Assembly: GCA_028534125.1 (NCBI GenBank)
Contig: CM052825.1
Coordinates: 992,001 to 1,056,000 of the forward strand
DNA length: 64,000 nt
Source of the DNA: Lama glama
Lineage: Eukaryota
Direction: 5' to 3'
Shown here one piece after another: positions 1-12,250 of this stretch (positions are counted from its first letter, which is position 1; every line of letters begins with the position of its first letter). The notes beneath the pieces are model-generated. The model did no database searches, was not told the DNA's origin, and saw only the letters and a program-made list of their open reading frames with translations. The translations under genes were made by a program, and so were the position numbers.

Positions 1-729
1 GGAGTCACACACTTAGAACAGCGGGGCGAGAGCTCACTGCCTACCGCTGACTGTTCCCCAGGGCAAGGCGGTGCCTGAACTGGAAAGGAAGAGCCCCTAA
101 GTGAATTCACTAACAGTGGGAATCAAATAGGAGTAACATCAATAGTGGGGCAGAGGAGTTTGAGAATTCATCCTGAAAAAAGGGCAGGGGGATATTTGCA
201 TTTGTCTTGTCCTCAAGGAAATTTAGGTTATGAATGCAATTATAAGTTAATTTGTTGAACCAACAAAAGAGTAACCAAGTGTTGCTTCGGCGGGGTCATA
301 GTTTTCCCAACAGACTGTACAATACCTCTACCCGTTGTCCACGTCATGTGTGGTTTCCTCAGCTCCGACAGGGAGGATCGGCTGCACAAAGGCCTGTGCA
401 AGGACATGGTCCCTCTCCCCAAGAATGTCTCTCTGTCCTTTGATATTCAAACCACTTCTTGTCGAAGTACCGCCCTGCCTGTCGTTAGCCTCCTCACTTC
501 CTGTCCCCAGTCGCCTTCCGGTTCTGGTACATCGGGAGGGACGTCTGAGCGAAGCCCAGCTGTACGAACAGTCACTTCGTTAGTGAAACTCTTTGTGTTA
601 TGGCAGTGTCTGTTTAGCTCTGCAGGCTCCCGGGTGATCGGCATGCCACCCATCAGGACCTCCCAGGCATCACGGTCTGGAAGTGGCTAGGGCTCGGGGC
701 CTCAGGATCAACCACGGCCATCCTCACTA

Positions 730-830
730 ACTTTGTGCCTTTGGGCAGTTCACCCTGTGGCCTCAGTTTCTCAGCCTGAAAATGGGGATGACAGCTGGGC
801 TGCCTTGTAGGGCTGAGCGAGGTGGTCTGC
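730..830 (+). mobile_element. MIR SINE fragment
   Basis: MIR core-like 'tgtgcctttgggcagttcaccctgtggcctcagtttctcagcctgaaaatggggatgac'. Confidence 0.7.
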
Positions 831-1289
831 GTGCAGCGATTCACTGGAACTTTCTGAATTTAGCCGTTGAACTTCGTTATTAACCCGCAGTTCTGTCGTC
901 CTTCAGTAAATGAAATCCGCTGGTGGACACTGAACGCGCACCAGCCGTCGGGATTCACGCTGGCGGTTCTGGTTGTCTTTGCCCTTGGCCTGTGTGGCCT
1001 GACTGCCCTGGGCCTCACGGGAGGCTCTCTCCAAGTTGTCAGGAGGGGACTCCCAGGGTCTGCCTGAGTCCTGCAGTCTCAACGTCCCTCTGAGTTTTTG
1101 TGAGACGTGCTAATGTGTGGAAGCCTTTTTTTTTTTGCATGAACGATAAACACTCACTTTTCTTGGTGGGTCTTTTAAGAAGAGCTGGTAGCAGACAGTT
1201 GGAGATTCCATTTGTGATGCAGGCCTGAGACAGCTGTCAGATACAGGTATTTTATTACATTTAGATTATAGATATTTTGGAGTGAGTGA

Positions 1290-1600
1290 GGGAAGCTGTT
1301 TCGTTAGGATGTTTCCCAGTGTAGGTGACAGACAGCCACGTGAAACTGTCTTATGACCCCAAAGGGGTACGGACGGGCAGATCTGAAAGGACGCGGAGAC
1401 TCGCACGATTTCTTTCTGCACCTCCAAGATCTGCAGTCGCCTCGGCTCGGCCTTGGAGGGGCTCTCCCCGCGCTAAAATCACCAGCCTCTGCGCCTCCGC
1501 CCCTCTCCCTTCCCCACGTCCGCAGTGAAAGTCCCAGGGCTGAATCACCTGGGATCAGCCTGGGTCATGTGCCTGCCCCTCAACCAATTGCTGTTTGAAA
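1290..1600 (-). mobile_element. Old MLT1 (ERVL-MaLR) LTR fragment
   Basis: 'aagtcccagggctgaatcacctgggatcagcctgggtcatgtgcctgcccctcaaccaattgctgt' resembles a conserved block of old MLT1 LTRs. Boundaries approximate. Confidence 0.5.
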
Positions 1601-3949
1601 GACACGTTAATGTTAAAACGACTTCCCGTGCATCTGAGAGCTTAAAAACCTCTAAATAGCATTTGTCCCGGAAGAAATCATAAGTGGAAATGACAAGCCA
1701 TTTAGAACTGCCCTCCCCCAGAGACCACTCACCTACTTTCTGTTTCTGTGGCTTTGCTGTTCTGGACGTTTCCTGTGGAGGGCCTCCGCCTCTGTGGCCC
1801 TGTGTCCGCCTTCTTTCCCTCAGCGGTCGAGGTCCTCTGTGTCCCAGCCTGTGTCAGGACTCCTCCGCTTCCTCGATTCTTGCTTCCTCGATAACCCGGA
1901 GGATTAAATGACATCACGTTTGCAAAAGGGCCTCGTTTAGGGCCTGACACACACAGGGCGTTTAGGAAAGTTCCCTTCCCTTCCCAAGTCGTCGGATTCC
2001 ACCGGCGATGCCACGTGCATGGGTATCAGCGGCTCCCACCTCTCCACGCGCCAGGCTGCTTCTGCGAGGACAGAGAGACGAGGCTGGGTGACGTAACCCC
2101 ACCCCTCACTCCCCGTGATGGGTCCTGGGTCCGGTAAGGGTCCAAGCAGCCTCTGATGGACGTGGAGGCCAGGCGGTCCTGATGCCGCCGTCCTGTCTCT
2201 GGGGAAGGGCTGCGGCGGCGCAGGCCTGCTCTCCTGTCACAGGATATAAAGACACAAGTGGCGGCAGCGGGGCCCAGCTCAGCGCCAGGACCAGCTTCCC
2301 AGCTGTCTGCAGCCCTGCAGCTCTGTGGGCCCTGGTTTCTACACCAGCCTCATCCCTGCACTTCCTTTGCCCCCGGCGCCGGGTGACTTCCTCCTGCAGC
2401 GTGGCTGCGGGCCGTGCCTCTGCCTGTGTGGCGAGGCGTCCCGGCTCAGCGGTCGCCAAGACCCTTGAACAAAGAGCAGCACAGAAATACAGACAGTTCG
2501 AGCCGGGGGCTCCGTGACACACAGGTGGCCTCTCGTAGCACCAAGTTATCTAAGAAAAGATGGTGAATGGTTTTTTTTTTTTTTTACAAACTAGGATTCT
2601 CCAAGTTGAGGAAGGGAACAGAATATAAAGAGTAAAGGCAACCCCGTGAACATCGCGTATGTTTCATGACGAAAGCAGCACCCTGGGACTGTGAAATTCA
2701 GGTTTTTCCGGACGGAAATTAATGGATACTGTTAAAACTGAGTCCAGCTTGTAAGGATCCAGGGAGCAGCCCAGCGGGAAAGGAGTAGCTCCTCTTCCCA
2801 GGGAGCATTTAGAGATCACCTCTGAGACGCCCGCGGCGCAGGGGCAGAGGCGCAGGCCCCGTTCTCCCGCGCGGGCCGGCGAGGGCCGTGGTCCCGGGGC
2901 GCCCGAGCTGCGGCGTGCTGTGTCAATGGGTAGTTTTATTTAGCGTCTCACAGTAAACAGAAAGGAAATCCTGTGTTTTCGGAGCTAATTCCATCAGGGC
3001 ACAGAATTGAGAGTTTAGCTGGTCACTTTGTTTTCTGCCGAACTTAGTCAAGCTCAGATATTCCAAAATGTAACAGAGCGAGGCTTTCTGTCCTCATCAG
3101 AAATATTGAAAACTGCCTTGGACGCACGTCGTGCACTGTTTGTTCAGTTCTTTAATAAATGAAACCTTAATCCACATACAATTTCGGAGAGCCATTCTCT
3201 CAATATTTTAACAAGTTATTTCCCCTGGTAAGAAGCCGTCTGGTCCCCGGGTGGAGCCAGACGACACCGCCTTCCAGTCTCTGCCGAGGCTGGGTGTTGC
3301 CTGTGCTCTTGTCCCTTGCGGGGAGAGGACAGGGGACCAGCGTTCTGTGCTGCGGGTCCCGGGGCCTCGGGGGACGTTTGTTGAATTGGGTCACATTCAA
3401 GCCCTCGTGTAAAGCGGTGGGTCCAGGGTGTGGGAGGGGCGGAGGCGGGGCAGGATGAAGCGGGAGGAAGCCCAAGCCCTGCCCCGGGGCCCTGGCGCCT
3501 GCTCGCTGGCGACCTCAGTTCCCCTCTCTGGGCCTGTTTCCTTGTCTGTAAAATGGGCAACTTGGCCAGGTGGCCTCCAGGTGCCTCTGATCCCTTCCTC
3601 TGAGGGCCTGCCCTGGGATGGGGGCAGGGCTGCAGAGAGAGGTGGCCAGAGGACACCCGGGGATGGAGCTGGGCTGGGCTGAGCAGGGAGGGGGTGGAGT
3701 GGCTGGGATGCTGATCACAGGGCCGCACACCTGTCTGCACTCTCAGAGCTGTGCCGTGAGCGAACCCTGAGCTATGTACCCCGAAGAGGGGAAGTAAGTA
3801 ACTCAAGCAAACAACAACGGACAGAAATGGTAGAGAGACTCCCCCCCAGCCTAAACAAACCAGGCTCTCGGTTTAAATGAAAAGCTCTTGGGGTGGCTGA
3901 TATGTACACGTGTGTATGTGTCCAGGTCTGTGCACACCCCCCCAAACAG

Positions 3950-4072
3950 GAAGTGCTGGCTGGATGTGGAGCACCTGGAACCCTTGTGCACTGTTCACGG
4001 GAATGTAAACTTGTGCAGCTGCTGTACAAAACAGTGCGGCGGTTCCTCAAAAAATGAAACATAGAATTACTG
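3950..4072 (+). mobile_element. L1 fragment (ORF2 C-terminal region)
   Basis: 'ggatgtggagcacctggaacccttgtgcactgtt...gggaatgtaaacttgtgcagctgctgtacaaaacagtgcggcggttcctcaaaaaatgaaacatagaattac' is the typical L1 ORF2 3' end. Confidence 0.85.
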
Positions 4073-4167
4073 TCCTGCCCAGGTCCCGTCACCTCGACAC
4101 CTCAGTGCACACGGGTCTGTTTCCACGGCCTGGGCCTGCACTGTGTCGCTGGAAGTTCTAAAGTCAC

Positions 4168-4580
4168 TCATCCATCCATTTGTGTGTGCATCCATCCGTT
4201 CCTCCACCCNNNNNNNNNNNNNNNNNNNNNNNNNNNNNNNNNNNNNNNNNNNNNNNNNNNNNNNNNNNNNNNNNNNNNNNNNNNNNNNNNNNNNNNNNNN
4301 NNNNNNNNNNNNNNNNNNNNNNNNNNNNNNNNNNNNNNNNNNNNNNNNNNNNNNNNNNNNNNNNNNNNNNNNNNNNNNNNNNNNNNNNNNNNNNNNNNNN
4401 NNNNNNNNNNNNNNNNNNNNNNNNNNNNNNNNNNNNNNNNNNNNNNNNNNNNNNNNNNNNNNNNNNNNNNNNNNNNNNNNNNNNNNNNNNNNNNNNNNNN
4501 NNNNNNNNNNNNNNNNNNNNNNNNNNNNNNNNNNNNNNNNNATCCATCCATCTATCCTTCCATTCTTACATCCATCACTC
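4168..4580. repeat. (CATC)n-type simple repeat interrupted by an assembly gap (N 4210-4540)
   Basis: catc/atcc units on both sides of a 331-N run. Confidence 0.8.
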
Positions 4581-5399
4581 AGTGAACCTTTGCTGCTAGG
4601 AGCTAGTCTGAGTGGCCTCCCACCGGTTTACTGCTGAGATGAGACCGATGATGAGTATGTAACTACAGGTCCAGCAGAGCCAGGTAAAAACAGGAACCAC
4701 CCCCCTCCCAGCAAATGGAGCAGGCAAGACCTTCGGAGGAGGTTGAAGGGAAGGAGGAGATACTCCTCTAGGAAAACAGCTTCTAAAAATGAAGACAGTG
4801 ATTCATAAGCAAAGAGGTCCTTGGTTACACAGGATCTCCTGCCTGGTGAAAAAGGCTGGTCACGACCCTGCGTCACAGAGGTGACCCTGAAGGGGTGGTG
4901 GGGCTGAAGAATTAGGTGGGACTTCCAGTTTCCATGTTCATGCATTTCTGCACTGTGTGCATTTTCAGCACACTTCAGAGAAAAAAAGGGGAAGCGGGAC
5001 GTGTACTCACAGCCGTCGTAGCCGGGGTCTTGCACCCCTTAGAGGCAGCCACAGCCCCCAGGAGAATCCAGCAGGGGAATCTGAGTGGGCGGGCTGGCAG
5101 GGCTGAGCTGCTCAGTGGCCCCAGGGAGAGCTGGGCGGGGAGTGCCTGTGTTACCAGGGAACACCTCTGGGGGGCAGCAGAGGCCGCAGAACAGCCTCAG
5201 CACGTGGAGCAGGGATAGGGCTGAATCCAGTGTGCTCGGAGGAACCAAGGAGCCCTGTCTTCCTCCTCCTCCTCCCCCTCCCCGCTGAGAAGAGGGCCTC
5301 CTCCTTCCCTCCAGCCCTTCCCACCCCCACCTGCCCTTGGGCAGGGCTGGCCTCCAGCTGCCACGCAGAGACCCTGCATCTTCCCTGGAGCCCAGGAGC

Positions 5400-5642
5400 C
5401 AGTTCTTTCCTCTTCCTCTCTGTCTCCTCCCCATCTCTCTCCCCCCACCCCACCCCTCCCCCTCTCTCCTCCACCCCACCCCTCCCCCTCTCTCCCCGCC
5501 CCACCCCTCCCCCTCTCTCCCCACTCCACCTCTCCCCCTCCCCACCCCGCCCCTCCCCCCTCTCCTCACCCCTTCCCCTCCCCGCCCCACCCCTCCCCTC
5601 TCCCCCAGCCCCACCCCTCCCCCTCTCTCCCCACCCCACCAC
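5400..5642. repeat. C-rich polypyrimidine low-complexity tract
   Basis: Repeated ccccacccctccccctctct-like units. Confidence 0.9.
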
Positions 5643-6307
5643 ACTTTCTTATCTGGTGTCTCCCTCTCTCCATCCAGTCATCTAATGAAGAGTTCTTTGT
5701 CCTTCAAAGGTGTCAACATCTGTAATTTATGTCCCAGGCACTGGGGAAACTTGAGGGCCATAGCAAGAAGTCCAGGTCCAACCTGCAGTTCCCTGTGGAG
5801 ACCGTCAGGCACTCACAGGTAGCAGGATTATAAATCAGACTGCAACGTGAGCTTTCAAAGTCAGGACTAGGAAATATAAGTTGGACTAGACTGTCGGCCA
5901 TAATAAAACACAAAGTGAGTACATGCTGGCCTCTCTGTCCCCCATAGTCACTATTATTGGGCCTCAGGGTTAGCTTTGAGCTTCCTGGTAGCCACAGATA
6001 AAAGGGAAACAAGATCAGGCACCCAGGTACCTACCTCATTGTCCATGGTCAGAAGCACAAGGCTGTCCAGACTCCTGCAGGGATGGCCGTTCCCTCCTGG
6101 GGCTTTCTTCAGGGGCCTGCTGGGTGTCAGGGCGATGCCTGGGCACTCTCACTGCCTCTTGCTGGGCTGTGGCCCCAGGGTCACTCAGACAGGACTGGAG
6201 GATTCGGGTCACGGGGAGCAGGGACCCAGTCCCACTCGGGGCTAAGCTTGAGGAGCTGAGGGCCTTGACAGTCTCTGGGGAAACTGAAGGGCTCTTGCCA
6301 GGCTCGG

Positions 6308-6530
6308 TTTTAGTTTTTGTAACTTGAAAAAATGGAGGCATGATTTGCATATGGCTGATGCACTGGGTGTGCGGTTCTGGGATTTGACCAACGTGTGTGA
6401 TCGTGTAACCATGACCGCAGTGCCACCATCCCCTGGTTCCCTCCGGTCAGCCCAGAGCCTGTGACCCCTGGGCTGTGCCCTGTCCCTGTGGTTTTGCCTT
6501 TTGCAGGATGTCATCTGAACGGAACCCCAC
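6308..6530 (-). mobile_element. L1M 3' UTR fragment
   Basis: Antisense L1MB/MC-type 3' end: 'tttgaccaacgtgtgtgatcgtgtaaccatgacc...gttttgccttttgcaggatgtcatctgaacggaa'. Confidence 0.6.
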
Positions 6531-6569
6531 AGGAGGGGCTGGCAGGGCTGTGGGGAGGGTGAGCTGTGC

Positions 6570-6620
6570 TTGCGTGCGTGTGCGTGTGTGTGTGTGTGTG
6601 TAAGTGTGCGTGTGTGTCTG
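6570..6620. repeat. Imperfect (TG)n microsatellite
   Basis: tgcgtgcgtgtgcgtgtgtgtgtgtgtgtg... Confidence 0.9.
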
Positions 6621-6794
6621 TGCGGGCACACGGATGTCTGTGTGTGGGGTGTGCCTGCGTGGAGGCCGTGGGCCCGAGGGCTTGATGCTTCCCTGCGCGG
6701 GGCTCTCCCGTGTCGTGCCCCTCCTTGTGTGCTGGTGGGCACCGCCTCTGCCGCCTGACTTCGTGCTGCCGCCAGGGATGATCTCCCTTGTGGG

Positions 6795-6919
6795 TTTTTT
6801 GAGGGGGCAGGTAATTAGGTTAACTAATCAATTAATTAACTACTGGGGGGCCCGGGGATTGAACCCAGGACCCGGGGCAGGCTAAGCGCACGCTCCACCC
6901 TGAGCTCGCCCTGCCCTCC
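6795..6919 (-). mobile_element. Camelid vic-1-type tRNA-derived SINE (GC-eroded copy)
   Basis: Reverse complement reads 'ggagggcagggcgagctcagggtggagcgtgcgcttagcctgccccgggtcctgggttcaatcccc...aacctaattacctgccccctcaaaaaa': A box, B box (GGTTCAATCC) and the family's 'cctaattacc' tail. Confidence 0.85.
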
Positions 6920-9459
6920 GTGAGCTCCCTTGGGAGTCAACAGCTGATGCTCCTCTGCTGACAATTAGCCCTTCCCGCCTTGTTTCCGGGTGGTTTGTCA
7001 CCCCCGCCCCCCCGGGGTCACGGCCCCCTCACCCCTGGGCACTGCTGAGAGTGAGGCTCGGAGCGCGGACCCCGCGGGGGGCGCACCTGAAGGTTCTGCT
7101 GCCCTTGGAGTGTGGACCCCCGGGCCGGATGCGGGCGGGTGGGCCGGGCCCCCAGTCCTCCGTCCCGGCTCCGGGCACAAGGCCTTCGGCTGTCCTGGCA
7201 ACGCACGGTAATCAGGCCTGCCTGTGGGGGGGCAGGTGCAGCGGGGGCTTTTTAATTCACTGCAGTTACAGTTCTGCGTGGCTGTCCCACGCAGGCAGTC
7301 AGCCGCCCCCGGCAGCCCCTGATGTCCCGGCCATGGACTCTGTGGAACATTCCAGCACCTCTGCCAGCTGGGGGAGTCCAGGACCGAGGCTGTCTCTGCT
7401 CTGAAGCAGCAGACAGCTCCCCCACAATGTGCCATGGAGGTGGCCGTGTGGCGACAGTGAGGGGGACGCAGGCCTCGCAGAGCGCAGCTGGGGCCACGGG
7501 CTGGCCAGCGGCCTCCCCGCTGATTATTACAGTTGTCAAAACGCTGGGCCTTTGAGGGGCTTCTCTGTCCACCCCTTGTCTGGGTGGGGGGAACTCTGGC
7601 ACCCTGGGACAGGGCTAGGGGCAGGGAACTCACTCCAGCACTAGGCCTGGCAGAGCGGGCCCCTCTTGGGTCACCTGGGCCCGGGTCCAGGTGTGCGGGC
7701 GGTGGTGCCTCGGGGTGCACTGGTGGGGGGTCTGCTGGTCTCCTTGGAGATCAGTCTTGGCTCCGTCACCAGGAGGCAGCTGGTGACGTCTTTCCTGCAC
7801 ATGGAGGGCGTCCCTGAGCCCCTGCCTGTCCCCGGCCGCGCCCCTTCCGCCCTGCGTCTGGCTTCCCTCTGCAGCACCCCGGGGCCGTGGCCCCTGAGAG
7901 CCTGCACTCTGGGAGCAGAGCGGCCTGAAACCAGGGGAAAGAACACTGGGGGATTTGGCTTAAACTCATTAAACCCCACGAGCCCTCCTGCCGCGTGATC
8001 GCAGCCCGCACCCGGCCTTCTAATCTCGTTCGGGCCTCGGGGTAATTTGTTTAGCTGTGCTGATCAGTTGAAGGTTGATTCAATTGGACTTGGGTTGTTT
8101 ATTTGTGCCCGAATTTGCTAAGTGTCATTGGAGGTACGTGAGGTCTCCATTACGGCAGCGAGATGGCTTCATTAGGGTGATGGCCACTCCTGCCCCACCC
8201 TCCCCCTCCGCCCTTCTCCAGGCCCCTGGGTCCCCTCCCTCCTAGGGAGGGCATGGTCGCCTGGGGAGCAGGGGTATGGCTCAGTCGCCCCATTCCCCAG
8301 TGCAGCTGGCTTGGGGGTGGGCCCTACGCCAAGGGTCTGAAGATCTGACTGCCTACAAAATCTGCTCATCAAATTACCAGTCCCTGGTGAGCGTGGGTGA
8401 CCTGCTGTCCTGTGCTCACCCCCCTGGGAGGACCCCAAAGGCCTCCACCTCCCTAAGCCTTGGTTTTCTCATCCGCAAGCTGGGAACACTGGTCTTCCCT
8501 CCTGCCGTCTCCCGGGGGTGGGCTCATGGGGTGAGCCCTCCCGCCCCCACGACTTGTGCATGTGGACACTGAGGTCGCAGGGAGGGCAGATGGGGTCAGC
8601 GCTGGGTCCTCTCTCCGGGCAGCTGGGAGTGAATGATGGATGGCCCTGCGGTGCCGCCCAGGATAAGCGGACCTGGCAGTGTGCCGCTTCCTGCCCTGAG
8701 GTCGGATGCCTGGCTGGTTCCACTTCAGAGTCCTGGGTCCTCCTCGCCTGTCCCATGGCCTCGACCCTCCAGGTGGGAGGCCCCATCCCTGCCACGTGTG
8801 ATGAGGTCACCCTCAGGGCTGCTCTCTGGTCCGCGCATCCCAGCCAGCAGGCTCTCTGGCACCGAGCAGGCGAGCTGGAAGGACAGAAGAGTACTGGGTG
8901 GAGCTGGAGGGTCCAGGCTAGGCATCAAGAGAGACAAGTGAGGGGTGGTGTGCTCCCCAAGGAGTCTGGGCTCTGGAGGTGGCCCAGAGGGCTGGAGTGC
9001 TGAGAGCTGGGGCAGAAGAAAGTTTGGCAACCATTCACCAGTTGTGACATAGGCACCCAGGTCAGGGCTGGGAGAGGGGGACCAGCGGGGGGCAAAAGGT
9101 CCAGCGGCATGTTCCCTGCCCGGGAGCACCCCAGAACTGGCGGGCTTCCCCTTCCACCCCTTCCAGGAGAGGAGCCAGAGCCAGAGCCAGAGCCCGGTCG
9201 GCCCCCTGGGCAGCATTTCCTCAGCGGGTACCCTCTGCTCTCAGAGCCCAATGGGCCTCTGTGGCTCCAGCTGATCCCTTAGCTGAACCAGGAAGGATCT
9301 GATTCCCGCAGAGGGGAAGCGACGTGTCCGAAGTCACCCAGTGCATGGGGCAGTGCAGGGACCAAGGTCCAGGGCCACGAGAGGAAGACACTGGGAATGA
9401 CCCAGGAGCCAAGCTCCCCACTCCCCAGACACCAACCAGTTAACGCCTCAGAGCAACCC

Positions 9460-9570
9460 TATCACCCCTTCTCACGTGGGAGGCCGTGGAGGCTCAGAGA
9501 GGTTAGGTGACTTGTCCGAGGCTGCACAGCTGCTCCATTGCAGAACTGACTGCAGATCCATCTGCTTCTG
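9460..9570 (-). mobile_element. MIR SINE fragment
   Basis: 'gaggctcagagaggttaggtgacttgtccgaggctgcacagct' antisense MIR core. Confidence 0.75.
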
Positions 9571-10159
9571 CCCCCAGCCCTGTCCCTCCCTGTGCAAGAC
9601 AGGAGTCAGGGCCATTTCGGGGAAGGCTCAGGGGTCCCCCTAAGCTGACCCCAGGAGGAGGAATGCTGTCACTGGGAGGAGTTCTTGGGAACTCCAGTGG
9701 TGGGGCCAGAGGAGGAGCAGTCACCAGGGGCGTCTTTGCGCCTGTCACCCTGTGGATGGCTGTGGCTCCCTGCACTGGGTGGCCCTGGGAGCCACCGTGG
9801 TGCATCCTCAGAGCCACCCCCCGAGGTATTGGGGGTGTTTCTACACCAACTCCGTCAGGCACTGCTGAACATCTTGTCCTGGACCGTCTCCTCCCATCCC
9901 TGGGATGTCTGGTGGTCCCTACGCCACAGGTGGAGAAACTGAGGCTCGGAGAGCCTTGATGGGGTCAGTGCCGAAGTGCCCACGCCAGGAAGCCTTCCCT
10001 GCTGGGTCCGGCCCCTCATCGGGTTCCTGAGCTGCCCTGCGTTCCCACTGTCATTGCCTCGATGACCTGACGTGTCCCTCCAGGCTGAGAGCCCCCAGGG
10101 CAGGGTGCACTGAATGCCCCCAGCTCCCAGCAAGCCCTGGGCAGCGGGAGAGGGTGTGT

Positions 10160-10500
10160 TGGGCCGCATAACAAGCCACACATTGACCGTTTCATTACAG
10201 TTCCTGGTTTGTGGGTCGAGAATCTGGGCTGGGCTCAGCTGGATGGTTCTTCTGCCCCACGAGGTGTTGACAAGAGGTTGCGTGGGGCACTCATCTGGGG
10301 GATGGGCTGGTCTGGAGGGTCCCAGACGGCTTCACTCACCTACCTGGCGCCTCGGCAGGGATGGCTAGAAGGCTGGGCTCAGGCAGGACGGTCACTGGGG
10401 TTCCCACCGGTGGCCTCTCCGGGGTAGTGGACTGCATACATGACAGGCCAGGGCTCCCAGACCCAGTGTCCCAAAAGGCAGGGGGTGGAGGCGGGCCCGG
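10160..10500 (-). mobile_element. MLT1 (ERVL-MaLR) LTR fragment
   Basis: 'gcataacaagccac...tgtgggtcgagaatctgggctgggctcagctggatggttcttctg...ggcttcactcacctacctggc' typical of antisense MLT1. Confidence 0.65.
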
Positions 10501-10554
10501 AAGCCAGCAGCACAGTGCCCAGCCCCTGCTCTCTCTATCTGTTAATTCATGTGC

Positions 10555-11010
10555 ATGTTAATAAAATGCACGTCGCACAATAGTTACATTCGACCATTTG
10601 CGTCAGTCCAGCGTCACTGAATTCACTTACAGCGTTGTGTGACCATCGTCATCTATACCGGAAACGTCTTCATCGCCTGCAACAAAACCCTGTCCCCGTT
10701 AAGCATGCACCCTCCTGCTTTCTGTCTATGAATCTGACCCCTCTGGGGACCTCACGTGAACGGAGCCCTGCAGTACGTGTCCTCTGTGTGTGACTGACTT
10801 CGCTGAGCACCGTGTCCTCAAGGTCCATCCACGCTGTAGCGGGTGTCAGAGTTCCCTGCGTCTTTATGGCTGAACTGTATCCCACTGTGTGGATGGACCC
10901 ACGTCAGCGTCCGTTCGTCCTTTGGTGGTCACCGGGGGTCTTTCCACCTTCTGGTGGCAGTGAGTAACGCTGCTATGACCACGGGTGTACAGACTCTGTC
11001 TGAGCCCCTT
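10555..11010 (-). mobile_element. L1MB-type 3' end
   Basis: 'ctttctgtctatgaatctgacccctctggggacctcacgtgaacgga...cttcgctgagcaccgtgtcctcaaggtccatccacgctgtagc...ctttatggctgaactgtatccc'. Confidence 0.85.
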
Positions 11011-12205
11011 ACACCCTTGATGAGCAGTCCCGGGGCCTGGAGCCCGGAGCCCGGAGCCCAGGGCAGTGGGCACAGGAAGAGGGCAAGAGCTGGCAGCATC
11101 CTTAGCCCACCACGCCGCGCGGTGTCGAGAGAGGTCTGCTGGCAACCTCGGGCCACAAAGCAAATCAGGAGGCAGCTGCAGATCAGGTGGCGGAGGAGAG
11201 GGGAGATGGGGCCCCGGTGTCCGGGGATGTAGGAGAAGCCAGACTGGGTCTGGGAGGACGGGTGGAGGCTTCTGGAGGGGTGGGGCCCGAGGTCCTCAGC
11301 CTGGCGGAGGTGTGAGCCTGGGCTCCACTGCCCAGGAGCTGTGTGACCTGAACCGTCAAACGTCCTCCCTAGGAAGACGGGAGCAGATAACCGGCCGCCC
11401 TTGCAGGATGCTGAGGGGATTCAGCGGGGAACTTTGTGCAAACCTCTAGCCTGGTTCATAGTCAACCAGGCGGTCACGGGTGTTGAGAAGGACGAGAGAC
11501 TCTCCTCTGCGGTCCCCAGGTCACACCTGCTGGGCTGGGGAGAGTGGGGGCGGGCTTCCCAGAAGGCCATGCCGGTGCAGGGCCAGGGCTTGGCGTTTGG
11601 TGAGTCTGAGTCAGACCTCTTGGGGAGGCCGGCCGCATTGTCACCGTTGGGAGCTCTGGGGTGAGCTGGGGACTGACTGGGTGGTTCCCACTGCTCCAGC
11701 AGGGCCCACCCACCCGCGGCAGCGTCCCGGGGCCGCCCTCTTGAGGCCGGCCCAGGGTGCTGCCCTCCGAAGCCATGACCGGGGCAGGGACGTCTAGGGG
11801 CAGCCTTCCAGGGGGGCCCCTCAGGTCAGCCTTGGGAACGTGTGCCATCACTCTCGCTGCAGTCCAGCGGTCGAAGCGCGCCCTGGGCTTGGCCCAGAAC
11901 TAAGGGAGGGAAAGCACACTGCCTCCTGGGCAGGGAGAACCGCTGTGGCCAGGTCTGCAGGCTGGTGCCCCAGAGGCCCGGCCAGCCGGTGTGCAGCAGG
12001 CTGGGCATGAGGCCCCACCCCCAGGAGGGCGAGCGCGGGAGCCGCTGACTCTGCGGGCCTGAGAACACAGCGCCGGGAGCACCCAGTAGGCGCTCGGTGT
12101 GTGCTTGTCACTGGATGTGTGAGGAGTGAAGGAGCCAACCAGGCTGGACCTCAGGCGCGTCCGGACTCCCTGCTGGGCCGCACATCGTGCGGGGCTGCAG
12201 GCCCA

Positions 12206-12250
12206 GCGGCGGCAGCGGGTGCCCTGCGGCGGCAGCGGGCGCCCTGCGGC
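12206..12250. repeat. Short tandem duplication, 20-bp unit x2.25
   Basis: gcggcggcagcgggtgccct / gcggcggcagcgggcgccct / gcggc. Confidence 0.85.

Noticed and set aside
3154-3159. AATAAA in an AT-rich 3'UTR-like stretch (about 2.5-3.2 kb)
   Set aside because: No upstream coding exon or clear downstream element, so it cannot be distinguished from chance.
4143-4637. ORFs containing long X runs (also 32440-32754)
   Set aside because: Artefacts of assembly gaps.
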